Of a DNA stretch of 64,000 nt, positions 23,638 through 35,303 are shown in pieces. The notes under the pieces are model-generated. The model was given only the letters and a program-made list of their open reading frames with translations. It was not told where the DNA came from and searched no databases. How positions within the stretch are numbered: position 1 is the stretch's first letter; every line of letters starts with the position of its first letter. Source of the DNA: Psammoneis japonica (taxonomy: Eukaryota); NCBI GenBank assembly GCA_008632985.1, contig QPGO01000012.1:558001-622000 (forward strand). The letters run 5' to 3'. A program made the position numbers and the translations under genes.

Positions 23638-23755
23638 AGCTAAATGAATAGTGTAAAACGTTAAGTGTCATTTCCACTTCGACACAGAGACAGCTATATG
23701 ATTAGTGCAAATCGTTAAGTGTCATTTACACTTCGACACAAAGAAAGCTAAATGC
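23638..23755 (+). repeat. Two ~55-bp tandem copies inside a TpA-retaining island
   Basis: gcta.atga.tagtg.aaa.cgttaagtgtcattt.cacttcgacaca occurs twice. Confidence 0.8.
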
Positions 23756-26700
23756 TTAACGGCAGTGGTCAGAATTCAAATTCTGAGCAATACAGAAATG
23801 TCAATGATGAATAAGGATTTTAGATCCCTTCTGCCCTTAATGTCATTATTCCAATGCCACTAATGAATACACAAATGAATTTGTATTCCATCCTTTTCGT
23901 AAACTTTGATCTATCGGCATTTTCAATACGAGTGCGCGATGACAACAATAAAGCATGCTTGTATGTGTCATGGTCATAAGCTGTAAGGCATACCGTCACA
24001 TTTGGATTGAACTCGGGGATGTTGGTGTCGAAAGTAGCCATTTGTTTGACATTCGTGATTTTTCATCGCCCACAAATTGGGATTTCAACTGAGTCGAGTT
24101 GATGTTGGACGTGTGCAAAGCACTGCGTTTGATGAAACAATTGAGGGCTCTGGGCTTATGGCATTTTATGCCATGGAGACTTAAAATGGTGAATGGGTTG
24201 ACAATCAAGCCAGTGATCGGGTTTGCCAACATTTCCAAAAATGTGACAACAAAAATTGCATCACTCAACAACCAACAACCCCTCAAGAGAAAGAAACAAG
24301 AAAAGTGATTTCTCTTTGCACTTGAATTAAAAGAGACAACAATGCACAACAAATGTTCAAGAAGGACAAGAAGCTCTTGAATGCATGAAACAAGAAGAGA
24401 GTCAATGAATCACTCTTGTTTCGAACCTCTTGCCCTGTTCTCTCCTCCATGGTGGTTGGTTGAAAGGTTGGTGGTGGTTTTTTGTGAGATTTGCAGCTTG
24501 ATGCATGTTGATGCATGAACAAATGGCCCATGTGTGGTGTCACCTTTGGAATGTGCCACTTGTGGAGCTTGGGTGGACAGCTCTCTGTGCTCAAGCTTTG
24601 TCCGCCAAATGCTCCGTCAAAAAGTCCAGATGCTGCCCCATCCCACCCAACCATTGAAAAAAAAACAGTTCTTGCAAAATGCTGTTGCCTGTTTCCCTCT
24701 TCCTCTGCAGAGCAGCTCTCTTGGTGACAGTGCCACCCACACACCAGACTGTGCTCAAGAATGCTTTCCAACCTGCCAGCCAAGACACTCAGCTCGGGGC
24801 TGTGTGGGCTCGAATCTCTCTCAAGACAAGCTGCTGAGCATGTTTCTGGCACTGGCGGCAATGCTGAGCCCTCCTTCCTGTTTGACTTCCCAGGGGTGTG
24901 CCCAGACTGCCTGCATGCTGGCCCAACCACAAGAGTTGCTGTTTTGCCAGTTTTGTCAGCAGGATGTGCCAAGGCTGCTCTGGCCATGTGTGCCTGGCTG
25001 GCACCACAATGCAAAGACAGGTGCGACAGCACTTTCTGCTGTCAGCAAAGAGTGTGAGCTGGCTGGACTGCCCAACCCCACACTTCACAGTTCCTTGGCA
25101 GTCACTCCAAATCAAGTGCCAGCTTGGGACCAACTGCACCTGGCTGGTTGCAATGCAAAGACAGCTGTGACAGCAATTTGTGACAACAAGAGAGTGTGAG
25201 CTGGCTGGGCTCCTGACCCCAGCACAGCCACTTCACAGCCCCTCAGCACTGGCTCCCAATCAAATGCCAACTTGGTGCCAACAGCCACAAAGCCATTGTT
25301 GCAGATCTCTGCACCTGGCCCCTCACACAACATGTGCAGCCTTTACAAAATGGGCCCCTGGCCAACTGCAGACTCCTCATGGCTTGCAACAAGCCACCAC
25401 AACACAGAGCATTGTGGGGTGAATGCAGCACAGCTTGAGCAAGCAAGCCATGCTGGAAGCACTGAGAGCTGGCTGCTGTCCTGGAGCTCCATTCAAAGCT
25501 GAGCTGGGCTGCTTGGCTCCTTGGTGGGTGGCACATGCTTGCTTGGCATCACATTGTTGCCAAGCAGAGCCACATGGCATGTGCCCACCATTTGTGCCTG
25601 CAACAGTGATCCCTGGCCACAAAAAAGCCAACAAAAAGTTGAGCCTGCTTTTGTGGTTGAAGGGTGAAGAAATTGTGAGTGAGGTTGGGTTCAAGAGTTT
25701 GTTGGCAATGCCAAGTGGGCAGCCAAAGAGAGGCACCAAAAATGACTGTGTGAAGTGTCTCTCACTCATTTCTCAAGAGGAGCTTGTGCTCATGATGCGG
25801 GGTCTGAAGCAAGCACCAGTCAAGAGGACAACAATTCTTTCCCTCTCTGTTCCACCCAAAACACAGCCTTTGAGTCAATGTGGTGCTCCTTCAACAATTG
25901 ATGCACACACTGGGAGGAGCAGCTGTGGAGCCAGGGCAGCAGGCCTGGCAGGGCTTGGCTCACAACCAAGCTGGGCTTCTCAGCTTGGCAGCACACACTC
26001 AGAGTCACATTGTTGCCCTCCTGCAGCTGCAATGTGCCCCACTCTTTGCACCTGCAGCAACCACCCTGGACCAAAAGAAGCCAGTGCAACTCTGGCCCTG
26101 GTTGCATGGTCAAATTGTGTGTGTGTTCAATTGTCAGAATCTCCCCTCCTTTTTTCCCTTTTCCTTTAAACCGGCCATGAACATGAAAAAATTGCTGCAT
26201 TGTGTGCCCCTGCATCATTTATGACACCTGCAGAAGAGGTTTCTGCCTGAGGCAGAAAGAGCAGCACATCATGCAGGTTGACACAAACTAATGACAATTG
26301 CCAAAATTGCAAATGCCACACTGAAAATGTGAAAATCCCAAAGTGGCACTAAAAAGTGGCACTTGGCACTCAGCAGGCCACCATGTCCCTTCCTTCCAGA
26401 GGAATTTCACCCTCCAATTGTTGCCACAAATGCCATCATGGGTTTGGTCCATGCAATGTCCTTGAATTGTCACCACTTGCCATTGACAAATGCCCTGTGG
26501 GTGACTCCATTTCTGGAATGAATGGCACAGCCATTCACAAGGGCTTGCATGGCATGCAGCAGAAGATGCAAAATTGCAAGCCTGACCAGCCTTGCTGTGA
26601 GCTCTGGCACAACCATGCTTGTCATTGTGGAGAGGAACCATGTGACAACCTTTGGCTTTGTCCAACTTGTCAATGTGGTTGCTGAGCTGCTGTCAGACCA

Positions 26701-26775
26701 TCAATGGTTCTTCCCGTTTCAGGGCACAGTTGACAGGGACAAGAAGGCCACACATGGACAACAGCTGGCTGCAGC

Positions 26776-27715
26776 TCATGGTCTTGAGATGGCCCTGTCC
26801 AACCAAGACTTTGCTGCCAACAACTGCAGCATGAACTTTTCAGCAGTTTGGGGGGCATCATGTGTGCCTGTTGTTGCAGACGCCAACCTGTGCAATGCCG
26901 CAGTCCTTGAAGATCCACGTCTCATCCAAATTGAGCTTTCTGTTGTTGTCTGAATCTCCCGAAACCAGGTCAGTGATCGGCTGTCTTCTGCAGCAACATT
27001 GGAAAGTTCAAAGTTGCCTCTGTTTGTCACTGTGTGCTTCCACGTGCCGTTCTTCCCCTTGTCGATGTCCAATCCATCATCTCCATTGGTCACTGTGTCA
27101 ATCAAGATCAATGCATTCACGCCGCAGTGTGATGTCGGGTCGGATGCGTCTGCCTCTTGTCCATTGGACAGGGCCGACGTCGATCCAGTGTTGTTGAACA
27201 CTCCCTCATCGGCGGTGCCGCAGGCCTCATGCACCCACATTTCAGTCGGATCCAACTTTCCGTCCCTGTTTGAATGAGCAATGAGGGATTGGAATGCTCC
27301 AGAACTTGAGCTGCCAACCACAGTCGAACTCGTTGACCAGCAGACAGACTCGCAATCAGCCGGAGAGCTGCATTTCTTGTCAGTCCGAAATTGCCCAGAT
27401 GCTGTCGAGCCTGTGTTTCTGTAAGTTGGTGGCCAAGATGGCTCATTGCCCAGATTGGTGATGGCACAAGTCCAGGCAATGGGCTCTCCAACATCAATGT
27501 TGGGCCCGTCTTGGCCGTTCGTCACTGTGTCAATCCCGGTGGATGCACTCATGCCACAGCAAGAAGTGGGGTCGGAATCGTCCACTTTAATGCCATTCGC
27601 TGTGCCCTCAGTTGATCCGGTGTTGTTGTAGATGCCGACCTGTGCAATGCCGTAGTCCTCGAAGATCCACGTCTCATCCAAATCGAGCTTTCCGTCGTTG
27701 TCTGAATCTCCCGAA
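26776..27715 (-). pseudogene. Truncated relic of a repetitive Ig-like surface-protein gene (DUF11/DUF7507-like repeats)
   Basis: Repeated GDSDNDGKLD.DETWIF / DTVTNG.DG / W.(Y->C/H)..TN.GN motifs; the 5' end is cut at the 27717 repeat. Confidence 0.55.
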
Positions 27716-27716
27716 A

Positions 27717-27775
27717 AAGTTCGTTGAGTGAGTCACGGATGGAGAGAGAAGATTGAGTCCCGCTTTCTTTGCCAC
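27717..27775 (+). repeat. ~60-bp direct repeat, copy 2 (copy 1 at 8481-8545)
   Basis: Direct sequence comparison. Confidence 0.9.
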
Positions 27776-28041
27776 GCACGCACGCATGCCCACGCGCGCG
27801 AACAACACGTCATTGCGGAGGACCGACAGACCTCCTCATGGATTGAGATAGAAGAAGCAAAAAGCAAAAAGCAAAAGCAAAAAAGAAAGCGAAGCAGCAA
27901 CGAGCTGTTGTATCTATTAATAACATCACAGATCAAAGCCCTACGCTCTTTTGACTATCTTTTGCTCTCTTAATTCTCTTAGAGAGTGAGCGATAAGCAT
28001 ACAAATACTTTTCTTTTTTTTAAGAAATCGACAGAGATACC

Positions 28042-29357
28042 ATGGATTTTTCCTCGCAATTGGCAAACTTACAAAAAACTGCGAGCGCGGCTGCATCATC
28101 CTCTCGAGATCAAGACGAAAGAGGAGGAGGAGGACGAGAACATCCTCCCAATCGACGTCGGCATCATTATGGCCCCTATGATCGTTCTCATGGGTCCAAC
28201 TACAGAAGACATGGAGGCGGTGGTCCTCGAGGACAACATGCTGCGCGACGGCACGAGAAACCCAGTCTACGAGAAATCATTGCCAGTGTGCCACCCTACC
28301 GTCCATCCAATCGGAGCAACAACGAAAGCAACCAGAGCATTATTCCTCATGTTGCACTCTTGTTTATTACAATTGATGACTTGCCGTATGAGGAGATTTG
28401 GAGAGAATGGGCAAGTCAAGAAAACCAAGCCAAGGCCGGCATACACATGAGCGTACTCGTTCACGCCAAACATCCAAATCATGTCACAAGTGACTGGCTC
28501 AAGCAACGACTCTTGGTGAAACCACCCATTATGGGCCGTGGTCATGAATACGAAGCACCCATCTATCATTCGCACTGTCCCGAATGGGGATCCATTGAGA
28601 TTACGCGAGCCATGATTGACTTGGTCAGAGAAGGACTACGAATTGGCCATGATCGAGAATCCGATCCGCGCTTTTCCTGTAATCGGTATAGTTTGCAACT
28701 ACAGGACAAGGCAAATACACCCGTTGACAGGCTAGTCTTTTGTAGTGAAACTTGTCTTCCCATTGTTCGTTTGGAAAAACTAAAGTCGGCGCTCTTTGAC
28801 GATGACAAGGGTACCGCGTTGTCTTGGGTTCATGCACGCAACACTCCCAACAATGGATATTCACGTCAGTTGCAGTTTGACAAGGTCAGTCGAGCGATAC
28901 CCAATGTTTGGAAGGCAGATCAGTGGATGGTATTGACAAGGGCTCATGCTTGTGCGATCATGGATCTGGACGAACGATTCATGCCTCGGGAGCACCCATT
29001 GTGGAGATGTTTTGCCTACTGCAAAGCAAGTGATGAAATCTACTTTCCAACGGCACTCGGTATTTTGGAGATTCTAAGGCAGAGTGGCAACCATGAGCAA
29101 ATTAAGAATCAACGTGTCACTTACGCCGATTGGAGCGAGAGTGTAAAGAACCCGGCATCGTTTACCAAGGGAAAGACAGATCTCAAAACGGTTGCAGTTC
29201 TTGGACGCAAGGAGGGATGCCTGATTGCAAGAAAGTTTTCTCCCGCGGCACCAGAAGCAACAACGACACAAAGGGGACGGAAAAGTCCAATCCTGGTATG
29301 ATAACAGCGTCAGAGTGGCTGGACGTCATGGCTGAACTAGACAATACGCAAGAGTGA
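28042..29357 (+). CDS. Core-2/I-branching (GT14-like, DUF266) glycosyltransferase; ORF stops at 29301, possible frameshift extends it to 29357
   Basis: VALLFIT.DDLPYEEIW, EWGSI, SETCLPI, ADQWMVLTR, SDEIYFPT, VTYADWS and IARKF. Confidence 0.8.
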
Positions 29358-29412
29358 TAGTGTAGGTGTCAATTTTCATTCTAAAAAAGTTAACTCGGAT
29401 CCATGTCGCCCA

Positions 29413-32400
29413 TCACTCTCCGCTCGAAATCATCATTTGCTTGCTATACTCCCAAATCGCAACGGCTCCAGAAACATGTACATTCAAGCTCCGAATAATC
29501 CCTTGCTGAGGAATTTCAACACATGTATCAACCACTTGCAGGAATTCAACAGGAATGCCCTCCTTTTCCTTCCCGAGCAAGAGTAACGTCTTCTCGGGGA
29601 ACTCGAGTTCGGATATGGACACACTCGACGACGTCTGCTCCAAGCCAATGACGGTATATCCCAGGTCCTTTTGTTCGCGCAGCCAACGCAACAGGTTCTA
29701 TAACAAGAAGGATAAGCAAAGCGTGTGAGTGCGGCGTCAACAAAAATCGAACTCCAGGTACAATACAGCGTCGCATCACCCATCGACCTATGGAGCCGTC
29801 AGCAAGTTATGTGTCTTCACAATCAGATCAGAACAGATCTTGGTTGTATTGGCTTTCATCACGCGGCAGTAGGTCCTTGAGGAGTACGACAGTTGCTAGT
29901 CCGAGTGGCGCCATTATGAATGAAACTCACATTTTCTTTGCACTCGATGATATCAATCCAATCTCCTGCTCCCACACTAATCCCCTTGAAATTGTCCATC
30001 TTGATGACCCCACGATCAGGAATGACAAGCTGTTTTGCAGCAAAAATCTCGGCGGTCCTCGCTAGGCCGGCCAAGTTTGGAACCTTGTCGATTAGGCTCG
30101 CGCACACAATCAAGTCCTGTTTTCGTCGACCCGACGCAGTTCTCAATGCTCGTTCTCTTGATTCTTCCAACGCCAAGTTCAACGAGTCTAATGGAATAAT
30201 TTTCCGTTGGAAGTTGACAAGAGTATCTTCCCCATTTTGGGTGCTTGATAACGTAGCTTCGTCGGAGTTACCTTCAAGCATGTCTTCGACCTGTTTCCAC
30301 AATGGCGTGTCATTTTCGTGGGCCTCCTGGTAGACTTCTGCCAAGCACGTCTTTATCGCTTCCACCCCGTGAACAGGATTTGCTTCGTCGCCTTCATCCA
30401 CTGGTACGGTAAGGACACCTTCGGGTGTACAAAAGGAATCCACGTCAGCATTGTCGAAAAACTTGATCTGTTTCTTGCGCAAACGCTTCATCTCTGGATT
30501 TTCCTCCAAGAAGGTATAAATTGAGTGTAAGAACCAGTCGTTGTTACCTTCTTCCACTCCGTCCACATCAATGACAAGCGGAATAAGCTTGTGGACAAGA
30601 AGTTGACCGATGGCACGGCTGAATCCTTGTGTACTGCTTAGCCAAGGAATAGTCCCAGCAAGAACATCATGCAATGCCCTTGTACATGTGCTATTGTCAA
30701 TTTCGCCGAGGAAATCTTTGGAGTACCTTCCAACCAGCAAATTTCCACCAACAATCATCAAGGATGAAACGTGCTGTATCGACAAATCGCGGCGCCTCAC
30801 TTCCACAATGAAGGCATCAAGGAACACGGCGGGATGCTTCCTGGCGAACTGTACAGCAAATGTTTCCATGAAGAAGCGAATCTGGCCGTGTACGTTCTGA
30901 GAAAATGACTCAAACAAACGTTGGCATGTCTCGTGAGCAATGTCGGCCGTGACAAAACGTGTCATCACACACAGTGCCTGCCAAGCACGCATTCTGTCGC
31001 AGTAGTCAGGTGTACCTAACATGATCGATGAACCTTGTTTGGGCCGTGCTACACATGTGTCGTTCAATAACTCATGGATGATAGAATGAAGAAGATCGCT
31101 AAGAACACTTGGCGCAAGCCCATCATCTACATCCGGTAGCTTTGACAGAAAAACCAGGAGGAAGCCCCTCACGAGGCTATATTCATTTGTTCCCGGTGGT
31201 ATTTCGAATGCTTCTGTATGGGCATGCTTATCTTGATGCAGTGATGACTCTTCCATTTTACACTCCTTGTGCAACAGTAGCTTAGCAATATCGCTTCTGT
31301 AGGGAATAGCGCTCACACCACGGGAGCTAGGATCCTCTTGCAACCCAAGCCAACCGACGGTTATCCACGAAACAACGCATCTTGATATGTGGGAACGCTG
31401 AGTGCCGGCCATGGATATCAGCTGTTGAAAAGCGTCACGAATGGGAAATAGGTCTGACGTGGAATCGATCTTGAACTTTTCATACTCGTCGAGAAGGAAT
31501 CGTGGCTTGAAAATCAAAGAGCAAATCTCATTCAACATGTACATGGAGGTCCTGCTGTTTGAAGTGTCCTGCATTATAGCAAATAATGCAGATATAAGAC
31601 TTCGAAGAAAGTCAGTGACGACCACGTCTTGACCTGAGAGGTGATTTCGTGCACCGTTTATGGTACAATCAAAGAGCGGGAGTAGCGCTTGCAGTGGAGT
31701 CGCGTGTACTTCGTCTTGCGCCACGCTTAGCAATTCGTGAACAAAGTCACCTTCTTCCTTAGTTGCTGAGACACCGGGTTGCTTCACCAGCAGAGAAAGC
31801 GCCCCCCATTTTGCATACTGGAAGACTGATCGTGCAGTCTGCACGTCAGCTTTTGACAGCCCGTCATTACGACCGCTATAAGCGAGGTGGAGAATTTTCT
31901 GGCTTGCCTCCGCAGGTTTGATTTGACTCAAATTCGCATCTACACCACAGGACAATGCTGCGTAAGCAAGTGACATGTGTCGAACTGACTCTGATGATGA
32001 GCACTGCTCACCACCCAATAGGGAATTCATGCTCGAGGTAAACAACTCTTCGACGCCTTTTGCTACAGCCATGCTGGAGGGGTATGCGCCGCATAGAGTT
32101 TTTAGTAGCTCGATCTGCAAGGCGAAGGCGGAGGTTACACGGTTGGTTTCGCCAGAACGTGTGCAGCCAGACGTCCCCATTCCCTTACGTCCAGTCATAT
32201 CGTCCCAAGACGTCAAAACTCCAATATGATGCATGATGAAATTCACGCTCAAAAGGAGGAGTGATTCGATGTTGGGTGGCGGCGACATCATCGTTTCATT
32301 GCTGCTGTCAACGATCAATTCGCCATTTCCCATTCCAGAAAGAATGCCGAGTTTACAGCCAGCGTCGAGGAGTATCAAACCTCTCGTAACTTTCTCTGCG

Positions 32401-34846
32401 TTCATCCAAGATCCTGATGACGCCCCTGGGGCCAACGAGACAGCCTTGTGAATTGAAGGCCATAGAAGCTCACTTGAAGAGGTAGATGTACGTTCCGTTT
32501 GATCAGACGAAAGCATACACATGAGAGCAACAGCTCCACCCGTTGAACGTTCACTTTCTGTGTAGCCAGTCCGCGGTTCCCAGTTGGAGTGAAAGGGCAG
32601 CAATAGCCCAGAACAGAACGCCGAAGCACACGAAGCGGCCAACACGGTAGATCCTCCCAAGTTTGCAAGCCACTTCCGAAGAGAATCGTAAACAACGGCT
32701 GTTTCCGTTTCCTGTGCTTCTTCTGTAGTGGGGTAGAGACTGAGCACTCCAACAATCGTCTTGGGATCTTTATTCGAGTCCAGGCATGAGAAAGACAGCA
32801 TTGTGGCGAGGGCCTTGAGCAGTCCCCTGCGATAAGAGAGAACAACGGACCCAGTCCCAAACAATAGTCGAAATGATTCAATCGTGCGAGAAAGGATCTC
32901 TTCGTTGAGTCGAAGCAGCCGCGAGTCAGGTCCAAGCGTCGCCATGGTCTTGGCAATTGTCTCGTAGACTAGAAGTGCCGTTTTGGTTCTCAAATCGATA
33001 ACCACCTTCTTTGACAAAAGTCCATCCAAAAGCGCAATGACGCGATCCTCAGAGGGTTCCGCCCAGAGAGTGCGAAGATAGTTTTCGAGAAAGAGGGTCA
33101 ACCTACGCTCCAAATCGTCAATTTGCACCTTGCCCTTGTCTTCGTACTGCACAGTCGTTCCAGTAGAAGCACAAACTGAATCATAACACGGCAGAATAGT
33201 ATTCAAGACAAAGTCCGTGGAAATCACATTCATCGGAACAGCGTTTCGCTCTTGATGCTTGCCGCCTTTGAAAGCTTTGGTTTTCTTGGATGGCTTGGTC
33301 ATTGGAGCTCTTTTTTTCTTGCCAGGAAATTTTGTGACCTTGCCCTTGTCGCTTGTGGGCGTCGAAAAAGTAACTGAAATTCCAGCATGGCCATTCAGTA
33401 GTCTAAACAGCCCCAGCTTGCTCACCGTAGGTGAAGAATCGTTGAGGAGGACTCGGTAGAAAAGGACGCTTATCCAATCCCAAGACATTTCCGGGACCGT
33501 GGACGACGCACTATCGTTTGCCACAGCCGCTTGACACAAGTCTGCAACAGCATCCCACACTTGATCCACAAGATGCGCTTCAGTTTCCATTTCAAGTGCT
33601 TCAAAACACATTACATACTTGATCCAAATTCGGGTATCCTGCTCAACGGCGTTTTCAACAATGCTGCGTAAAATGTAAGCTCCACGTCTTCTGAGCATTT
33701 GGTCAGTGGCCACAGATGCCTTATGCTCCTTTTGTCTGCTCTTTAATGCTTTGGTTTCGTCTCTTCCTCGAGACAAGCACGAGTATATCAGGTCCCAAAT
33801 CGCGGGGTGCAAGAGAGGTACCTTTCGTTCTTGCGACGCCGTTGGCAACGGAACCGCTATGAGTGACGGCAATACAGTACACAAGACTGAAGTGGCGACC
33901 ACTAGACATGACATTTCATCCTTGCGGTTGAATAGTCCCAAAAGAGTATCCCATAACTCATCGACATGGCGAGGTTGAGCAATCATGTCCGTCTTTGATT
34001 CATCTGCGCAATAGAGTGTCGGCAAGAGCCACGTCGTTATTGGCCGCAAAGAAGTGTATTCTTCCATCTGAGCCAGGTAATTCCTTGTAAAATCTTGTCA
34101 TGAATGCAATCCATAACAATGTTGCGGGCCTCGTTCCCTTGGGAATCGACTGGAGAACGGCTAGTCACTTGATGCCATATTCTCACGAGAACGCGGCAAG
34201 CAGTAGCCCAACGCAACTTTTTGTTATTGATTCCATCCTCGTCATTGATTTCATCATGAATGGTGATTCTGCACATGTTTAGGCATACATCAAGCCACGC
34301 CCGATCCTGTTCAGGATCTTCTGAATGATTGGATTCAAAGATTGCATCCAAAAAGGCTTCTCGAACTTCATCCTGATGAATAGGATACAGAAGTAACAAC
34401 GGAAGAACAACTGTGGCTAGTCCATGAAAAGCACAGTCATTCATAACGTAGAGTAGATACTGTACTGCCAATAGCTTTTGTTTGTATTGCATCAACTCGT
34501 CTTTGCTTTCATTGGAGGCGGCAAAAAGTACTTCCGAGCAGGAAGCGGTATCTACTGGCAGGCGACTCACAACTTGGGCAATCAAATCTCTCAAGTCCGA
34601 TGCTGACATTTCATCTTGTTTCGATGCACTTGATAAAGAGACTTCGGACTCGTGACTTTGTGCGGGCTGCGTGGATTGAAACAAAACATTATGAATCGGG
34701 ACGAGCTGACGAAGTGTTACGGGAGAAACAACATTAGTCTGATTAGATTCGTCGTTTTTCTCATGGATTGAAGCAGCAAGTAATAAAAGGCGACTCAGAG
34801 AGCCGTCGGGCGATGGAGTTGAAGCTCCCGTTGACATGATTTGCAT
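29413..34846 (-). CDS. TRM3: Trm3/TARBP1-like tRNA Gm18 2'-O-methyltransferase (long helical N-terminus plus SpoU domain); intron 29698-29930, apparent frameshift ~34080
   Basis: C-terminal SPOUT motifs NFQRKIIP, LIDKVPNLAGLARTAEIF, LGKEKEGIP and IRSLNVHVSGA; GTGAGT donor at 29930 and TAG acceptor at 29698. Confidence 0.9.
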
Positions 34847-35080
34847 GCAGAGGAGCGGTGCCGATTGTCATGAGCACCTCCCATGATGGTCCCGCGGTTG
34901 TGGCGCTGCGATCTTTTTTTGTGGTTGCTGTTCGTGCAGATGATGAGGAGTCGCGCAGAGCCGCGCATTCCTGCACAGCACATGGAATTTCAAATCTCTG
35001 GAGCTCGTGGTGTCCAACTGCTTCTTCGCGCGCGCTCGCACTCCCCCGAAGGTCTCCTCATCATGCCGCACCGTAGGCCA

Positions 35081-35303
35081 TCCTCATAGACTCTCGCGGA
35101 AGTCAGACGGACGGTTTGTTAAGAGGCCTCCGGAATCCCCGTGTGTTTCTACATGCGCAAAAAACTTTTCTACAGAGAATTCTACACGAAACCACTCCCA
35201 GCTTGGGAGACACGAAACAACACACCAGGAGGGCATGGCAACAAATCGCCTGCATGCGACCCTGGTGCATCGTCCGTCTTGCTTCCGCGAGAGTCCATGA
35301 GGA
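35081..35303. mobile_element. MITE-like element with ~33-bp terminal inverted repeats
   Basis: tcctcatagactctcgcggaagtcagacggacg (35081-35113) pairs with the reverse complement of 35271-35303. Confidence 0.7.

Larger units (their letters stand above)
8680..27620. other. TpA-depleted block B (LRR pseudogene, copia element, unclassified relics, surface-protein relic)
   Basis: TA is nearly absent except in an island at ~23585-24190 and near 17900-18010. Confidence 0.85.

Noticed and set aside
18200..26700. Numerous 60-250 aa Cys/His-rich ORFs suggesting metal-binding proteins
   Set aside because: They occur in all six frames, lack Tyr and recognisable domains, and are explained by TG/CA saturation and loss of TAA/TAG.
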